Under the pieces are notes generated by a model. It saw only the letters and a list, made by a program, of their open reading frames with translations, was not told the DNA's origin and ran no database searches. A stretch of 34,883 bases of DNA, taken from the IMG/VR virus record IMGVR_UViG_3300045988_092951. One strand, written 5' to 3'. Positions 6,251 through 13,385 of the stretch are shown here, in pieces. The DNA is from a virus. The translations under genes and the position numbers were made by a program. Each line of letters begins with the position of its first letter. Within the stretch, counting starts at the first letter, position 1.

Positions 6251-6263
6251 TTGCAAAATGCTA
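6251..6263. promoter_or_regulatory. Operator-like site O2 (TTGCAAAATGCTA), abutting the -35 of the rightward promoter
   Basis: One mismatch to TTGCA-N3-TGCAA. Confidence 0.45.
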
Positions 6264-6292
6264 TTGACAAGTGAAAAGTTATGTGCTATTAT
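6264..6292 (+). promoter_or_regulatory. Rightward early promoter (PR-like)
   Basis: TTGACA (6264-6269), 17-nt spacer, TGcTATTAT (-10 at 6287-6292). Confidence 0.7.
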
Positions 6293-6306
6293 GATAATGC
6301 AGTAAG

Positions 6307-6319
6307 TTGCATAATGCAA
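6307..6319. promoter_or_regulatory. Operator O3: perfect palindrome TTGCATAATGCAA just downstream of the PR -10
   Basis: Identical to O1. It sits at about +8 to +20 relative to the predicted PR start. Confidence 0.7.
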
Positions 6320-6338
6320 CAAGAAAGGAGGCTGGCAT

Positions 6339-6545
6339 ATGGTAAACACGAACAAGATCAAGGGTAGAATGAAGGAGCTTGAACTGACCCAAGCTGACGT
6401 TGCACATTGTTTAAACATAGCTCAACCTACAGCTAATCAGAAAATAAACAATGTTCGTCCGTTTGACTTGGACGAGGCTGAGAAACTGTCACACTTGCTC
6501 CACATTGATGCTGGAGAGTTCGGCAAATATTTTTTTACTCAGTGA
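6339..6545 (+). CDS. Cro-like / XRE-family HTH regulator (68 aa)
   Basis: AAAGGAGG RBS. HTH segment LTQADVAHCLNIAQPTANQKIN. Divergent from the repressor gene. Confidence 0.8.
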   Translation: MVNTNKIKGRMKELELTQADVAHCLNIAQPTANQKINNVRPFDLDEAEKLSHLLHIDAGEFGKYFFTQ

Positions 6546-6546
6546 G

Positions 6547-6559
6547 TTGCACAATGCAA
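6547..6559. promoter_or_regulatory. Additional operator-type palindrome TTGCACAATGCAA directly after the cro-like stop
   Basis: Perfect TTGCA-N3-TGCAA. Confidence 0.5.
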
Positions 6560-6580
6560 CAAGTGACTAAAGAGGGGTGA
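6553..6580 (+). repeat. 28-29-nt direct repeat, copy 1 (aatgcaacaagtgactaaagaggggtga)
   Basis: It matches 7139-7167 with one substitution and one extra g. Confidence 0.85.
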
Positions 6581-6585
6581 TAAGA

Positions 6586-6792
6586 ATGAACGAAAATCTT
6601 TCAACACTCAGTTTAGACGTTGAAAAAGGAGAATTAAAAGTCAACGGAAAAGATATGTTAGATGTATCGTACTTTAAGCTTGAATTTAATGGTGCTTGGT
6701 CATTGACTATATCTGAGGACTTTTACGTCAATGGCAAAAAAAGATCACCTGAAAATTCAGGTGATAAGATCAAGGGACAAATTTTGAAATAA
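6586..6792 (+). CDS. Hypothetical protein (68 aa)
   Basis: ATG 6586 follows AGAGGGG. The 3' end overlaps the convergent gene by 23 nt. Confidence 0.55.
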   Translation: MNENLSTLSLDVEKGELKVNGKDMLDVSYFKLEFNGAWSLTISEDFYVNGKKRSPENSGDKIKGQILK

Positions 6793-7084
6793 GGTCAAGT
6801 ACATCGGAAAGACCGTTTTTAAATCGGTTTTCCATATACACAATGGTCTGATCGAGAATATCAAAATCTCCGCCAATGTAAACTTTGATGTATCCATTTC
6901 TTGCGAGTTCCAATATGCAATCTGAAATGTCGCTGTCATACCATTTTGATAAGTCTTTATCGCTTTTATAAAAGTCAATTTCAAAACGACGTGATTCAGC
7001 CTTTGATTCACCATTTTTACGGCGTTCAAGGTACATTTTGTATATGTAACAAATGACCTTTTCAGAATCCTTTGTAATATTCAT
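6770..7084 (-). CDS. Hypothetical protein (104 aa), possibly a YjcQ-like winged-helix protein
   Basis: The start is set at ATG 7084 (MNITKD), after GGAGG. It has its own strong promoter at 7117-7145. AT-rich. Confidence 0.6.
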   Translation of the reverse strand: MNITKDSEKVICYIYKMYLERRKNGESKAESRRFEIDFYKSDKDLSKWYDSDISDCILELARNGYIKVYIGGDFDILDQTIVYMENRFKNGLSDVLDLISKFVP

Positions 7085-7116
7085 AAGTTTGCCTCCTTCC
7101 TTTGTAAGATATAGCC

Positions 7117-7145
7117 ATTGTATCACAACTGAGGAGAAAATGCAA
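7117..7145 (-). promoter_or_regulatory. Promoter of the 6770..7084 gene; its -35 is an operator half-site
   Basis: On the minus strand: TTGCAT (7140-7145), 17-nt spacer, TGaTACAAT (-10 at 7117-7122). Confidence 0.65.
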
Positions 7146-7167
7146 CAAGTGATTAAAGAGGGGGTGA
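7139..7167 (+). repeat. 28-29-nt direct repeat, copy 2 (aatgcaacaagtgattaaagagggggtga)
   Basis: See copy 1 at 6553-6580. Confidence 0.85.
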
Positions 7168-7286
7168 GGAGAATAAAAGTAATCTTTATGAATTGCATAT
7201 TGTTTTTTACAGCAATATGTTGCATATTTCTTTATGCGAAAGTAAGCAAAAAATTCAGATTTTTTGAATTTATCATATTCGTTCAG

Positions 7287-7790
7287 CTATTGATCATCAT
7301 TACTCTCTTTATAGAGATAATTTGCCTTTGCGGGTAATGGCAATTCTAATTCAGTACAAAGCTGGGAGTATTCTTCAAAAAGTTGATCCGTAAGTAATAA
7401 GAATGATTTTCCAAAATCAAAAGAAAGTGTGCGATCATAGTCGTACTTCTTCCAACCATAATAGGCAATTTGAAACGGCTTAACAAGTTCTTGAGAGCCA
7501 TGCTCCATAAGGTCAACGTGCTTTTCAAAAAGCTTTAAAAATGTAGTTGCAGTTTCCGGAAGCATTTTAGTTACATCGCTTTCAGGGAAAACGTTTTGAA
7601 CGTATAGTCTATAAAAGGGTATGTAGAAATCGCTAAGTTGTCTTGATTTAAAAAGTCGCTTATCCGATAACGAATTGAGTTTGTCATCATTCTTTTTATT
7701 GCTTAATTTGAGGGTCAATAATGAAGTTATTGTTGCTGTGATGATAGAGGTAATACTTGTAATGATAGCTGAGATTATGATTTCGTGCAT
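7287..7790 (-). CDS. N-terminally membrane-anchored protein (167 aa), candidate superinfection-exclusion / abortive-infection factor
   Basis: The start is set at ATG 7790 (MHEIIISAIITSITSIITATITSLLTL is a TM helix). It has its own consensus promoter. AT-rich and on the opposite strand to the early operon. Confidence 0.6.
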   Translation of the reverse strand: MHEIIISAIITSITSIITATITSLLTLKLSNKKNDDKLNSLSDKRLFKSRQLSDFYIPFYRLYVQNVFPESDVTKMLPETATTFLKLFEKHVDLMEHGSQELVKPFQIAYYGWKKYDYDRTLSFDFGKSFLLLTDQLFEEYSQLCTELELPLPAKANYLYKESNDDQ

Positions 7791-7820
7791 TAAAGAAAAT
7801 CCTTTCTTATGTTTTTCTAC

Positions 7821-7849
7821 ATTATACCACAAGAAGTTAGATTTTTCAA
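7821..7849 (-). promoter_or_regulatory. Promoter of the 7287..7790 gene
   Basis: On the minus strand: TTGAAA (7844-7849), 17-nt spacer, TGgTATAAT (-10 at 7821-7826). Confidence 0.7.
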
Positions 7850-7862
7850 GGAGGTACAAAAA

Positions 7863-8015
7863 ATGAAACTGTACAAGGTAACAACGACAGACCGGTATAA
7901 TCGCAACTGGGTCTATACAGTATCTGCCGATAGCGAACGTGAGGCTTTATGGAAAGTAAAAGCGAACGCTATTAGTTCGGGCGAAACTGTCTCGATTATC
8001 GAGGAGGTGAGATAA
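7863..8015 (+). CDS. Hypothetical protein (50 aa)
   Basis: AGGAGG RBS 8 nt before ATG 7863 (MKLYKV). The longer listed ORF start has no RBS. Confidence 0.55.
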   Translation: MKLYKVTTTDRYNRNWVYTVSADSEREALWKVKANAISSGETVSIIEEVR

Positions 8016-8294
8016 ATGAGGTCACCTGACATTGAAATGGCAGTGCGGCTGTACTATGAAAAGCCCGAAATAACCAATGCGGATATCAAGGAACTGTTCA
8101 GCACAGGTGAAACGCAGACTATCAAGATCAAGAAAGCTGTTAAGGAAGAAATGGAAAAGCGTGGTGTGAAGTCATGGCTGCCACACTCAGTCAATACCGA
8201 GATAGCCTACGAGGTGTGGGGCATTGATATCGACAACTTCGAGAAAAGGCTTAAAAAACTCCGCACGCTTTACGGAAAGGACGTGAGAAAATGA
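8016..8294 (+). CDS. Hypothetical early protein (92 aa)
   Basis: GGAGGTGA RBS. Tightly packed with its neighbours. Confidence 0.65.
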   Translation: MRSPDIEMAVRLYYEKPEITNADIKELFSTGETQTIKIKKAVKEEMEKRGVKSWLPHSVNTEIAYEVWGIDIDNFEKRLKKLRTLYGKDVRK

Positions 8295-8491
8295 TAGCCG
8301 TACTAGAGATAATCAGATGTGCCGCAGCGGTAGCGCTCTTGGTGGTGCTTACAATGTATGTAGCGTACAGGTGGTATGTAAGCGTAAAAGAAAATGCCTA
8401 CGAGGAAGCAGAGGAGAGCATTAAGCGTGCGGTGAGAGAAGCAGGCAGACCCGTGGTCAAGGTCGAAGTTGAAATGAAAGGAAAGTGGTAA
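8291..8491 (+). CDS. Small membrane protein (66 aa)
   Basis: ATGA overlap with the upstream gene. TM helix AAAVALLVVLTMYVAY. Confidence 0.55.
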   Translation: MIAVLEIIRCAAAVALLVVLTMYVAYRWYVSVKENAYEEAEESIKRAVREAGRPVVKVEVEMKGKW

Positions 8492-8492
8492 A

Positions 8493-8639
8493 ATGGCGTT
8501 GATACTGCTGATAACAATAGCCGTGCTTGCAGGGATAGATGTAGTGATATACATAGTACTTGGTGCCATTGAAAAGCACTGGGAGAAAAAGTTTAAGGAG
8601 GATAAAGATGATACCGATGATGACAAAAGAGGAGTTTGA
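8493..8639 (+). CDS. Small membrane peptide (48 aa), not in the ORF track because it is under 60 aa
   Basis: My own translation: MALILLITIAVLAGIDVVIYIVLGAIEKHWEKKFKEDKDDTDDDKRGV. The ATG is 2 nt after the upstream stop, with AAGGA about 10 nt upstream. It overlaps the next gene by 32 nt. Confidence 0.35.
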   Translation: MALILLITIAVLAGIDVVIYIVLGAIEKHWEKKFKEDKDDTDDDKRGV

Positions 8640-9003
8640 AAAGGCGGTAGAGATTTGCACTAGTGCAGATAGAAACTGTGGACAATGTCCGCTTAACAAA
8701 AAAATCTATAAATGCGGCGGATATTTTGCCCGCTACATGAAAACCGAGCCTGCACCTGCGGCAACAGGCACAAGCTCGGAGGTATCAAAAGATACCGGTT
8801 CAATATTACACCTTGATGATAGCACAAAAGCAGCGATTTGTCAAGCATACAAAACTGCTGATGAAGCTTGCTCAAATATACTTACTGTTTATGAGGGAAT
8901 GTCAGAATGTGAGCAGAGAGCCTTTGATATCGGAGAGGCATACGGAAAAATATTCGACACAAGATGTAAGCTTGAAGAACTGAGAGGCGGTGACGGCAAA
9001 TGA
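8608..9003 (+). CDS. Hypothetical protein (131 aa) with a CxxC pair
   Basis: The start is set at ATG 8608, after AAGGAGGA. Confidence 0.65.
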   Translation: MIPMMTKEEFEKAVEICTSADRNCGQCPLNKKIYKCGGYFARYMKTEPAPAATGTSSEVSKDTGSILHLDDSTKAAICQAYKTADEACSNILTVYEGMSECEQRAFDIGEAYGKIFDTRCKLEELRGGDGK

Positions 9004-9089
9004 AAGGCTTGCCAACACGCTGCGTAGATCCTGTAATGAAGTGTTGTCAGGATTGTGCTTGGGGATATTGTGAATATGGCGATGACTAG
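9000..9089 (+). CDS. Possible Cys-rich mini-protein (29 aa)
   Basis: My own translation: MKGLPTRCVDPVMKCCQDCAWGYCEYGDD. ATGA overlap with the upstream stop. It fills an otherwise non-coding 98-nt gap. Confidence 0.3.
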   Translation: MKGLPTRCVDPVMKCCQDCAWGYCEYGDD

Positions 9090-9101
9090 GAGGTATAACA
9101 C

Positions 9102-9422
9102 ATGGCAAGATACATCGATGCAGACAATCTGATTAACGAACTATCGGCGGCGTGTATGCCGATATACGAAAAGGGCATAACAGGCATTCTGGGTGATAAC
9201 AGCAGTATTGCCGATATAATCAACGAACAGCCTACCACAGACGTGCAGGAGGTGAAGCGTGGGTATTGGAAATTTAACCAGCACAGCAAAGTGGTTGCTA
9301 GTTTTAGATGTTCTGAATGTCAAACCCCGTTTTATAATTTTGGTAATTCAAAAATTCTGAGCCCGACACCATACTGCCCTAACTGCGGAGCAAGAATGGA
9401 GGGTGACGGCAATGAACATTAA
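9102..9422 (+). CDS. Hypothetical protein with a C-terminal zinc ribbon (106 aa)
   Basis: AGGAGG RBS. CSEC...CPNC motif. Confidence 0.7.
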   Translation: MARYIDADNLINELSAACMPIYEKGITGILGDNSSIADIINEQPTTDVQEVKRGYWKFNQHSKVVASFRCSECQTPFYNFGNSKILSPTPYCPNCGARMEGDGNEH

Positions 9423-9783
9423 CGCAAAGAAAGCTCAGGACAAGCTGTCGCAGGAACTGTCTGCCGCTAAGCTTGGCAAGTATGCGCAGGCGGTTGCAAA
9501 GCCTACTCTTGAGGCTCTCAAAACTTTCTGTGAGCAGAACGAGGAGTTCGCTCAGGCGGTCCTGCAGACGGACAGGACTTTCGCTGAGTGTGCGGAAAAC
9601 GCTGTTAAGGGTGTAAGGGAAAGTATTTCGGATATCGAGGTCTACCGCAGAGCTGTAAGCTTTTACTTCAAGGGTGCGGACGTTCATTTCAATATGACTA
9701 TCGACCTGGGCGACGGCTCGGACAGCAATGAAACGGCAAAACCGCCTGTCAGCTTGTCACTTGACAGCTTGCTTGACTTCTGA
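9412..9783 (+). CDS. PcfK-like protein (123 aa)
   Basis: GGAGGG RBS before ATG 9412. The pattern ...EEFAQAV...FAECAENAV...SDIEVYRRAVSFYF resembles PcfK-like family members as I recall them. It is followed by a PcfJ-like gene. Confidence 0.5.
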   Translation: MNINAKKAQDKLSQELSAAKLGKYAQAVAKPTLEALKTFCEQNEEFAQAVLQTDRTFAECAENAVKGVRESISDIEVYRRAVSFYFKGADVHFNMTIDLGDGSDSNETAKPPVSLSLDSLLDF

Positions 9784-9792
9784 GGCAGCAGT

Positions 9793-11094
9793 ATGAAAAA
9801 GACAAGAAAAGAGGCTCTTATCTACTGCTTTCCTGCGGTGGATAAAGAGCTTATGGATAAGATGAAAGGCAGAGGTGCTAAGAATTATGTGGTGTTCCTC
9901 ACAAGGGGTGCTGAACTTTTCGCACGTTGCTTTCACCGATACTCAACGGGTGACCTTGTGGAAAGGCAGCGGTATGTGTTTGCCCGTGACGGATCTGTGA
10001 GATACGGCAGTGATAACGGCATTAACTGGTCTGTGCGTAATGACTTCCGCGAACCTGTCTTTTGCAAGTGCTGTATGGGATATAACTATGATAATTCCTA
10101 TTCGGTACTGAACATCAAAGCCATAGACAAGTCGGATATGCGTTACAGTCAGTATCAGCATTATCACGGCAATATGCTTATATGCTATCTTCACGCATAC
10201 TGCAAGCACCCTAATCTTGAGTATCTTATGAAACAAGGCTATGACGTAACAAGCGTGAGATACACAGGTTGGTGGGGATATCAGGAAAAGTTCCTGCTCT
10301 CTCAGCGTGTGAACTGGAAAAGTAATGACCTGCTGAAAATGCTCGGACTAAACAAGACGGAGTTCAAGACACTCAAAGGCAGCGAACATCTGTGGGAGCA
10401 GTATCTTGACTATCGTGAGGAATATCCAAAACTCAGACCGGAAGATTTACTGAATATAGCAAAGGTCTTTAAGAACGAACACGGCACTCTTGAACGTCTT
10501 GTGAGGATAACAGGTCTTACACCGCAAAGGGTGGCACGATACATACACGAGCAGGAAATGACACCTCTTGATTACAGCGATTATCTGGAGCAGTGCGAAA
10601 CGCTGGAGTATAACATTCACGATACAATGATAGCATTGCCACACGATTTCTGGACAATGCACAACAGGCTTACTCAGATCATCAACTATGAGCATGACGA
10701 GCTTGCTTTGCAGAACTTCACGAAAAGGCTTGCAGAGCGTGTCTGCCTTGAATTTTCGGCAGACGGCTTGCTTGTCAGACAGCCACACAGTTTGAAAGAG
10801 ATAGAGGACGAGGGCAGGATACTTTCCCATTGTGTGGGCGGATATGCAGAACGCCATGCTATGGGAAAACTCAGCATTATGTTTCTACGGAAAACCTCTG
10901 AGCCTGACAAGCCTTACTATACTGTTGAGGTGAGCCAATACGGCGGTATCGTGCAGTGCAGAGGGTATAGGAACAACGTGGTACAAAACGGCGGCGAGGA
11001 CAAACCGCAGGAGATAAAGGACTTTGAACAGAAGTATCAGCGGTATCTTGACATGGTATTCGCTGAGAAACGAAAGGAGTGTAAAACAGCATGA
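9793..11094 (+). CDS. PcfJ-like protein (433 aa)
   Basis: C-terminal block EGRILSHCVGGYAERHAMGKLSIMFLRKTSEPDKPYYTVEV...VQCRGYRNN, as I recall for the PcfJ family. Adjacent to the PcfK-like gene. Confidence 0.5.
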   Translation: MKKTRKEALIYCFPAVDKELMDKMKGRGAKNYVVFLTRGAELFARCFHRYSTGDLVERQRYVFARDGSVRYGSDNGINWSVRNDFREPVFCKCCMGYNYDNSYSVLNIKAIDKSDMRYSQYQHYHGNMLICYLHAYCKHPNLEYLMKQGYDVTSVRYTGWWGYQEKFLLSQRVNWKSNDLLKMLGLNKTEFKTLKGSEHLWEQYLDYREEYPKLRPEDLLNIAKVFKNEHGTLERLVRITGLTPQRVARYIHEQEMTPLDYSDYLEQCETLEYNIHDTMIALPHDFWTMHNRLTQIINYEHDELALQNFTKRLAERVCLEFSADGLLVRQPHSLKEIEDEGRILSHCVGGYAERHAMGKLSIMFLRKTSEPDKPYYTVEVSQYGGIVQCRGYRNNVVQNGGEDKPQEIKDFEQKYQRYLDMVFAEKRKECKTA

Positions 11095-12047
11095 ACGAAC
11101 TATCGTCAGAATATATCAAGGCGGCTGAGCTTGACCGCAGGATAAAGACCTCAGCTCAGCTTGCACAGCAGAGCCTTTACGATATGTGTATGGGCTTTAA
11201 GGAAATGAGGGACAGCAGGCTTTACAAGGAGCTTGGGTACTCAGATTTTGGAGAGTATTGCGAGCAGGAAACACAGATAAACAGGCAGAGTGTCTACAAA
11301 TACATAAAAGTAGCGGAAAATCTGCCGTCTGAATTTGTCTCCTCGGGGAGACAAATTGGAATAAAAAAACTCTATCTTCTATCTTCACTTTCCGAAAGTG
11401 AGCGAACAGAGCTGACAGAAAATAATGACCTTGAGAACACTTCTGCGAGAGAGCTTGAAAGGCAGATAAAAGAGCTGAAAGTCAAAGCTGCCAATGCTGA
11501 TGTGCTCAGTCACAGGCTTGAGGATATGAACAACATCTGCGATACGATCTCGAAACAGAGAGATAAGGCAGATAGGCGCATACGTCAGCTTGAAGCCGAG
11601 ATAAAGGAGCTTGAGAACCGTCCTATCGAGGTGGCTGTGGAAACGGACAGCAAAGAGGTGGCAAACCTTAAAGACGCTATGCGGCGTGTTGACCTTGACT
11701 GGTCGGAAAAATATTCAAAGCTTGAAGAAGACAGCCTGAAAGACCGCAGAGAGCTTTTGCAGAAAGCTGAGCAGGCTGAAAAGGATAAGCAGGACAAGCT
11801 TTCACAGCTTCGTGAAGAGCTTGACAGAACTAAGGCTGAGTATGAGAAAAAGCTTGCGGGAAAGGTGGATACCGCCCCCGTGCAGGACGATAAAGCCATA
11901 TTCAAGGCTTATCTTTCCACCGCTGTTGACAGCGTAACAAGGCTCGTGGGCTTTGTGAACGAGCATAATGATAGCGACAATTACGGACTTTTCACACAGA
12001 AAGCAAGACAGCTTGCGGATATAATCAATTCAAAATTGGAGGTATAA
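11091..12047 (+). CDS. DNA-binding-like N-terminal domain plus long coiled coil (318 aa)
   Basis: ATGA overlap. N-terminal segment LGYSDFGEYCEQETQINRQSVYKYIKVAE is HTH-like. The rest is strongly heptad-like and rich in E and K. Confidence 0.6.
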   Translation: MNELSSEYIKAAELDRRIKTSAQLAQQSLYDMCMGFKEMRDSRLYKELGYSDFGEYCEQETQINRQSVYKYIKVAENLPSEFVSSGRQIGIKKLYLLSSLSESERTELTENNDLENTSARELERQIKELKVKAANADVLSHRLEDMNNICDTISKQRDKADRRIRQLEAEIKELENRPIEVAVETDSKEVANLKDAMRRVDLDWSEKYSKLEEDSLKDRRELLQKAEQAEKDKQDKLSQLREELDRTKAEYEKKLAGKVDTAPVQDDKAIFKAYLSTAVDSVTRLVGFVNEHNDSDNYGLFTQKARQLADIINSKLEV

Positions 12048-12049
12048 AA

Positions 12050-12589
12050 ATGAAACTTTATGAGCTTACAAACGATTTTCAGAGGCTTTTTGACAGCCTT
12101 GAGGATATGACGGAAAATGCCGAGCTTACGGCAGAGGAAAAGGCTGAGGCTGAAAAGGTGTGGTTTGATACCCTTGAATGCGTTGAGGCTGAGTTTACAG
12201 ACAAGGCAGAGAACGTTGCGGCTTATGTTAAGGTGCTGAACAGCGAGGCGAAAATGCTTGAAGCAGAGGAGAAAGCCCTCAAAGCAAGACGTGAGCAGAA
12301 GGTCAAGCAGGCAGAGAGCCTTAAAGCTTATCTTATGAACAGTATGCAGAGGGTCAACCTTAACAAAATAGAGGGCGTTATGGCTAAGATAAGCATTACA
12401 AAGGGCAGGGAAAGCACCGAGATAACAGACCCGAAAGCCTTTGTGGAGTGGGCAAAGGTCAATGATGACAGCCTGCTGAAATACAAAGATCCTGACATAA
12501 GCAAGACGGCTGTCAAGGCGGCTATTGAGGCAGGCAGAGAGATCCCCTATGCGGCTGTTGTCCGCAGACCTGGACTGACCATAAGATAA
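12050..12589 (+). CDS. Siphovirus Gp157-like protein
   Basis: The N-terminus MKLYELTNDFQRLFDSLEDM and the size (179 aa) are typical of the family. It lies directly upstream of the Sak4-like ATPase. Confidence 0.65.
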   Translation: MKLYELTNDFQRLFDSLEDMTENAELTAEEKAEAEKVWFDTLECVEAEFTDKAENVAAYVKVLNSEAKMLEAEEKALKARREQKVKQAESLKAYLMNSMQRVNLNKIEGVMAKISITKGRESTEITDPKAFVEWAKVNDDSLLKYKDPDISKTAVKAAIEAGREIPYAAVVRRPGLTIR

Positions 12590-12602
12590 GGAGGAAAAGA
12601 GA

Positions 12603-13385
12603 ATGGGACTTGCGATACTTGTATTAGGCTTTTCAGGAAGCGGCAAATCTGCTTCCCTGAGAAATTTCAAAGAGGACGAGCTTGCACTTGTGAATGTGAA
12701 CGGAAAACAGCTTCCGTTCCGCACACAGTTTAAGTCAACGATACATACCGACAATTACAGTGAGATAGAACGCTTTATGAAAGCTCAGACGGCAAAGTCC
12801 ATAGCCGTTGACGACAGTCAGTATCTTATGGTGAACGAGTTTATGCGCCGTGCAAAGGAAACGGGCTATCAGAAGTTCACCGACATTGCAAAGAATTTTT
12901 GGGAGCTTGTGAGAAGCGTTGAAATGCTTCCCGAAGATGTTATCGTGTATTTTCTCAATCACCTTGATACAGGCGAGGACGGCAGGCAGAAAGCTAAAAC
13001 TATCGGCAAGCTGCTTGATGAGAAGATAACTGTCGAGGGTATGTTCACAACTGTGCTTAAAACTGTTGTGGTTGACGGCAAGTATCTTTTCGCCACTCAG
13101 ACGGACGGCACTGACACCTGCAAAAGTCCTATCGGGCTGTTCGACAGTATGTACATAAGCAACGATCTGAAACTTGTTGATGAAGCGCTGAGAACATACT
13201 ATCACCTTGCAGACGAGCATATCTGCTCCGAGTGCGGAAAGACGATAATGTCAGACGGCAAGCGTACAGTTCAGCAGATAATAGACGGCTCGATGAAGAA
13301 TTACGGCAAACAGCTTTGTATGAAATGCGTTCTGAAAAGGGTAAAGGCGGCGAAGTCCAATGAAACTGCGAACGTATCAGAATGA
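12603..13385 (+). CDS. P-loop ATPase, Sak4/AAA_24-like recombination protein with a C-terminal zinc finger
   Basis: Walker A LGFSGSGKS. C-terminal CSEC...CMKC. Confidence 0.7.
   Translation: MGLAILVLGFSGSGKSASLRNFKEDELALVNVNGKQLPFRTQFKSTIHTDNYSEIERFMKAQTAKSIAVDDSQYLMVNEFMRRAKETGYQKFTDIAKNFWELVRSVEMLPEDVIVYFLNHLDTGEDGRQKAKTIGKLLDEKITVEGMFTTVLKTVVVDGKYLFATQTDGTDTCKSPIGLFDSMYISNDLKLVDEALRTYYHLADEHICSECGKTIMSDGKRTVQQIIDGSMKNYGKQLCMKCVLKRVKAAKSNETANVSE

Noticed and set aside
7053-7337. Full 94-aa + ORF starting at 7053
   Set aside because: The N-terminal part is antisense to the start and RBS of the 6770-7084 gene and crosses that gene's promoter. Only the hydrophobic distal part is kept, as a low-confidence finding.
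11981-12754. 257-aa minus-strand ORF across the Gp157-like and ATPase genes
   Set aside because: It is an antisense shadow of well-supported + strand genes. It has no RBS, and its Ser/Leu/Cys-rich low-complexity product is typical of reverse-frame reads of coding DNA rich in GAA and AAG.
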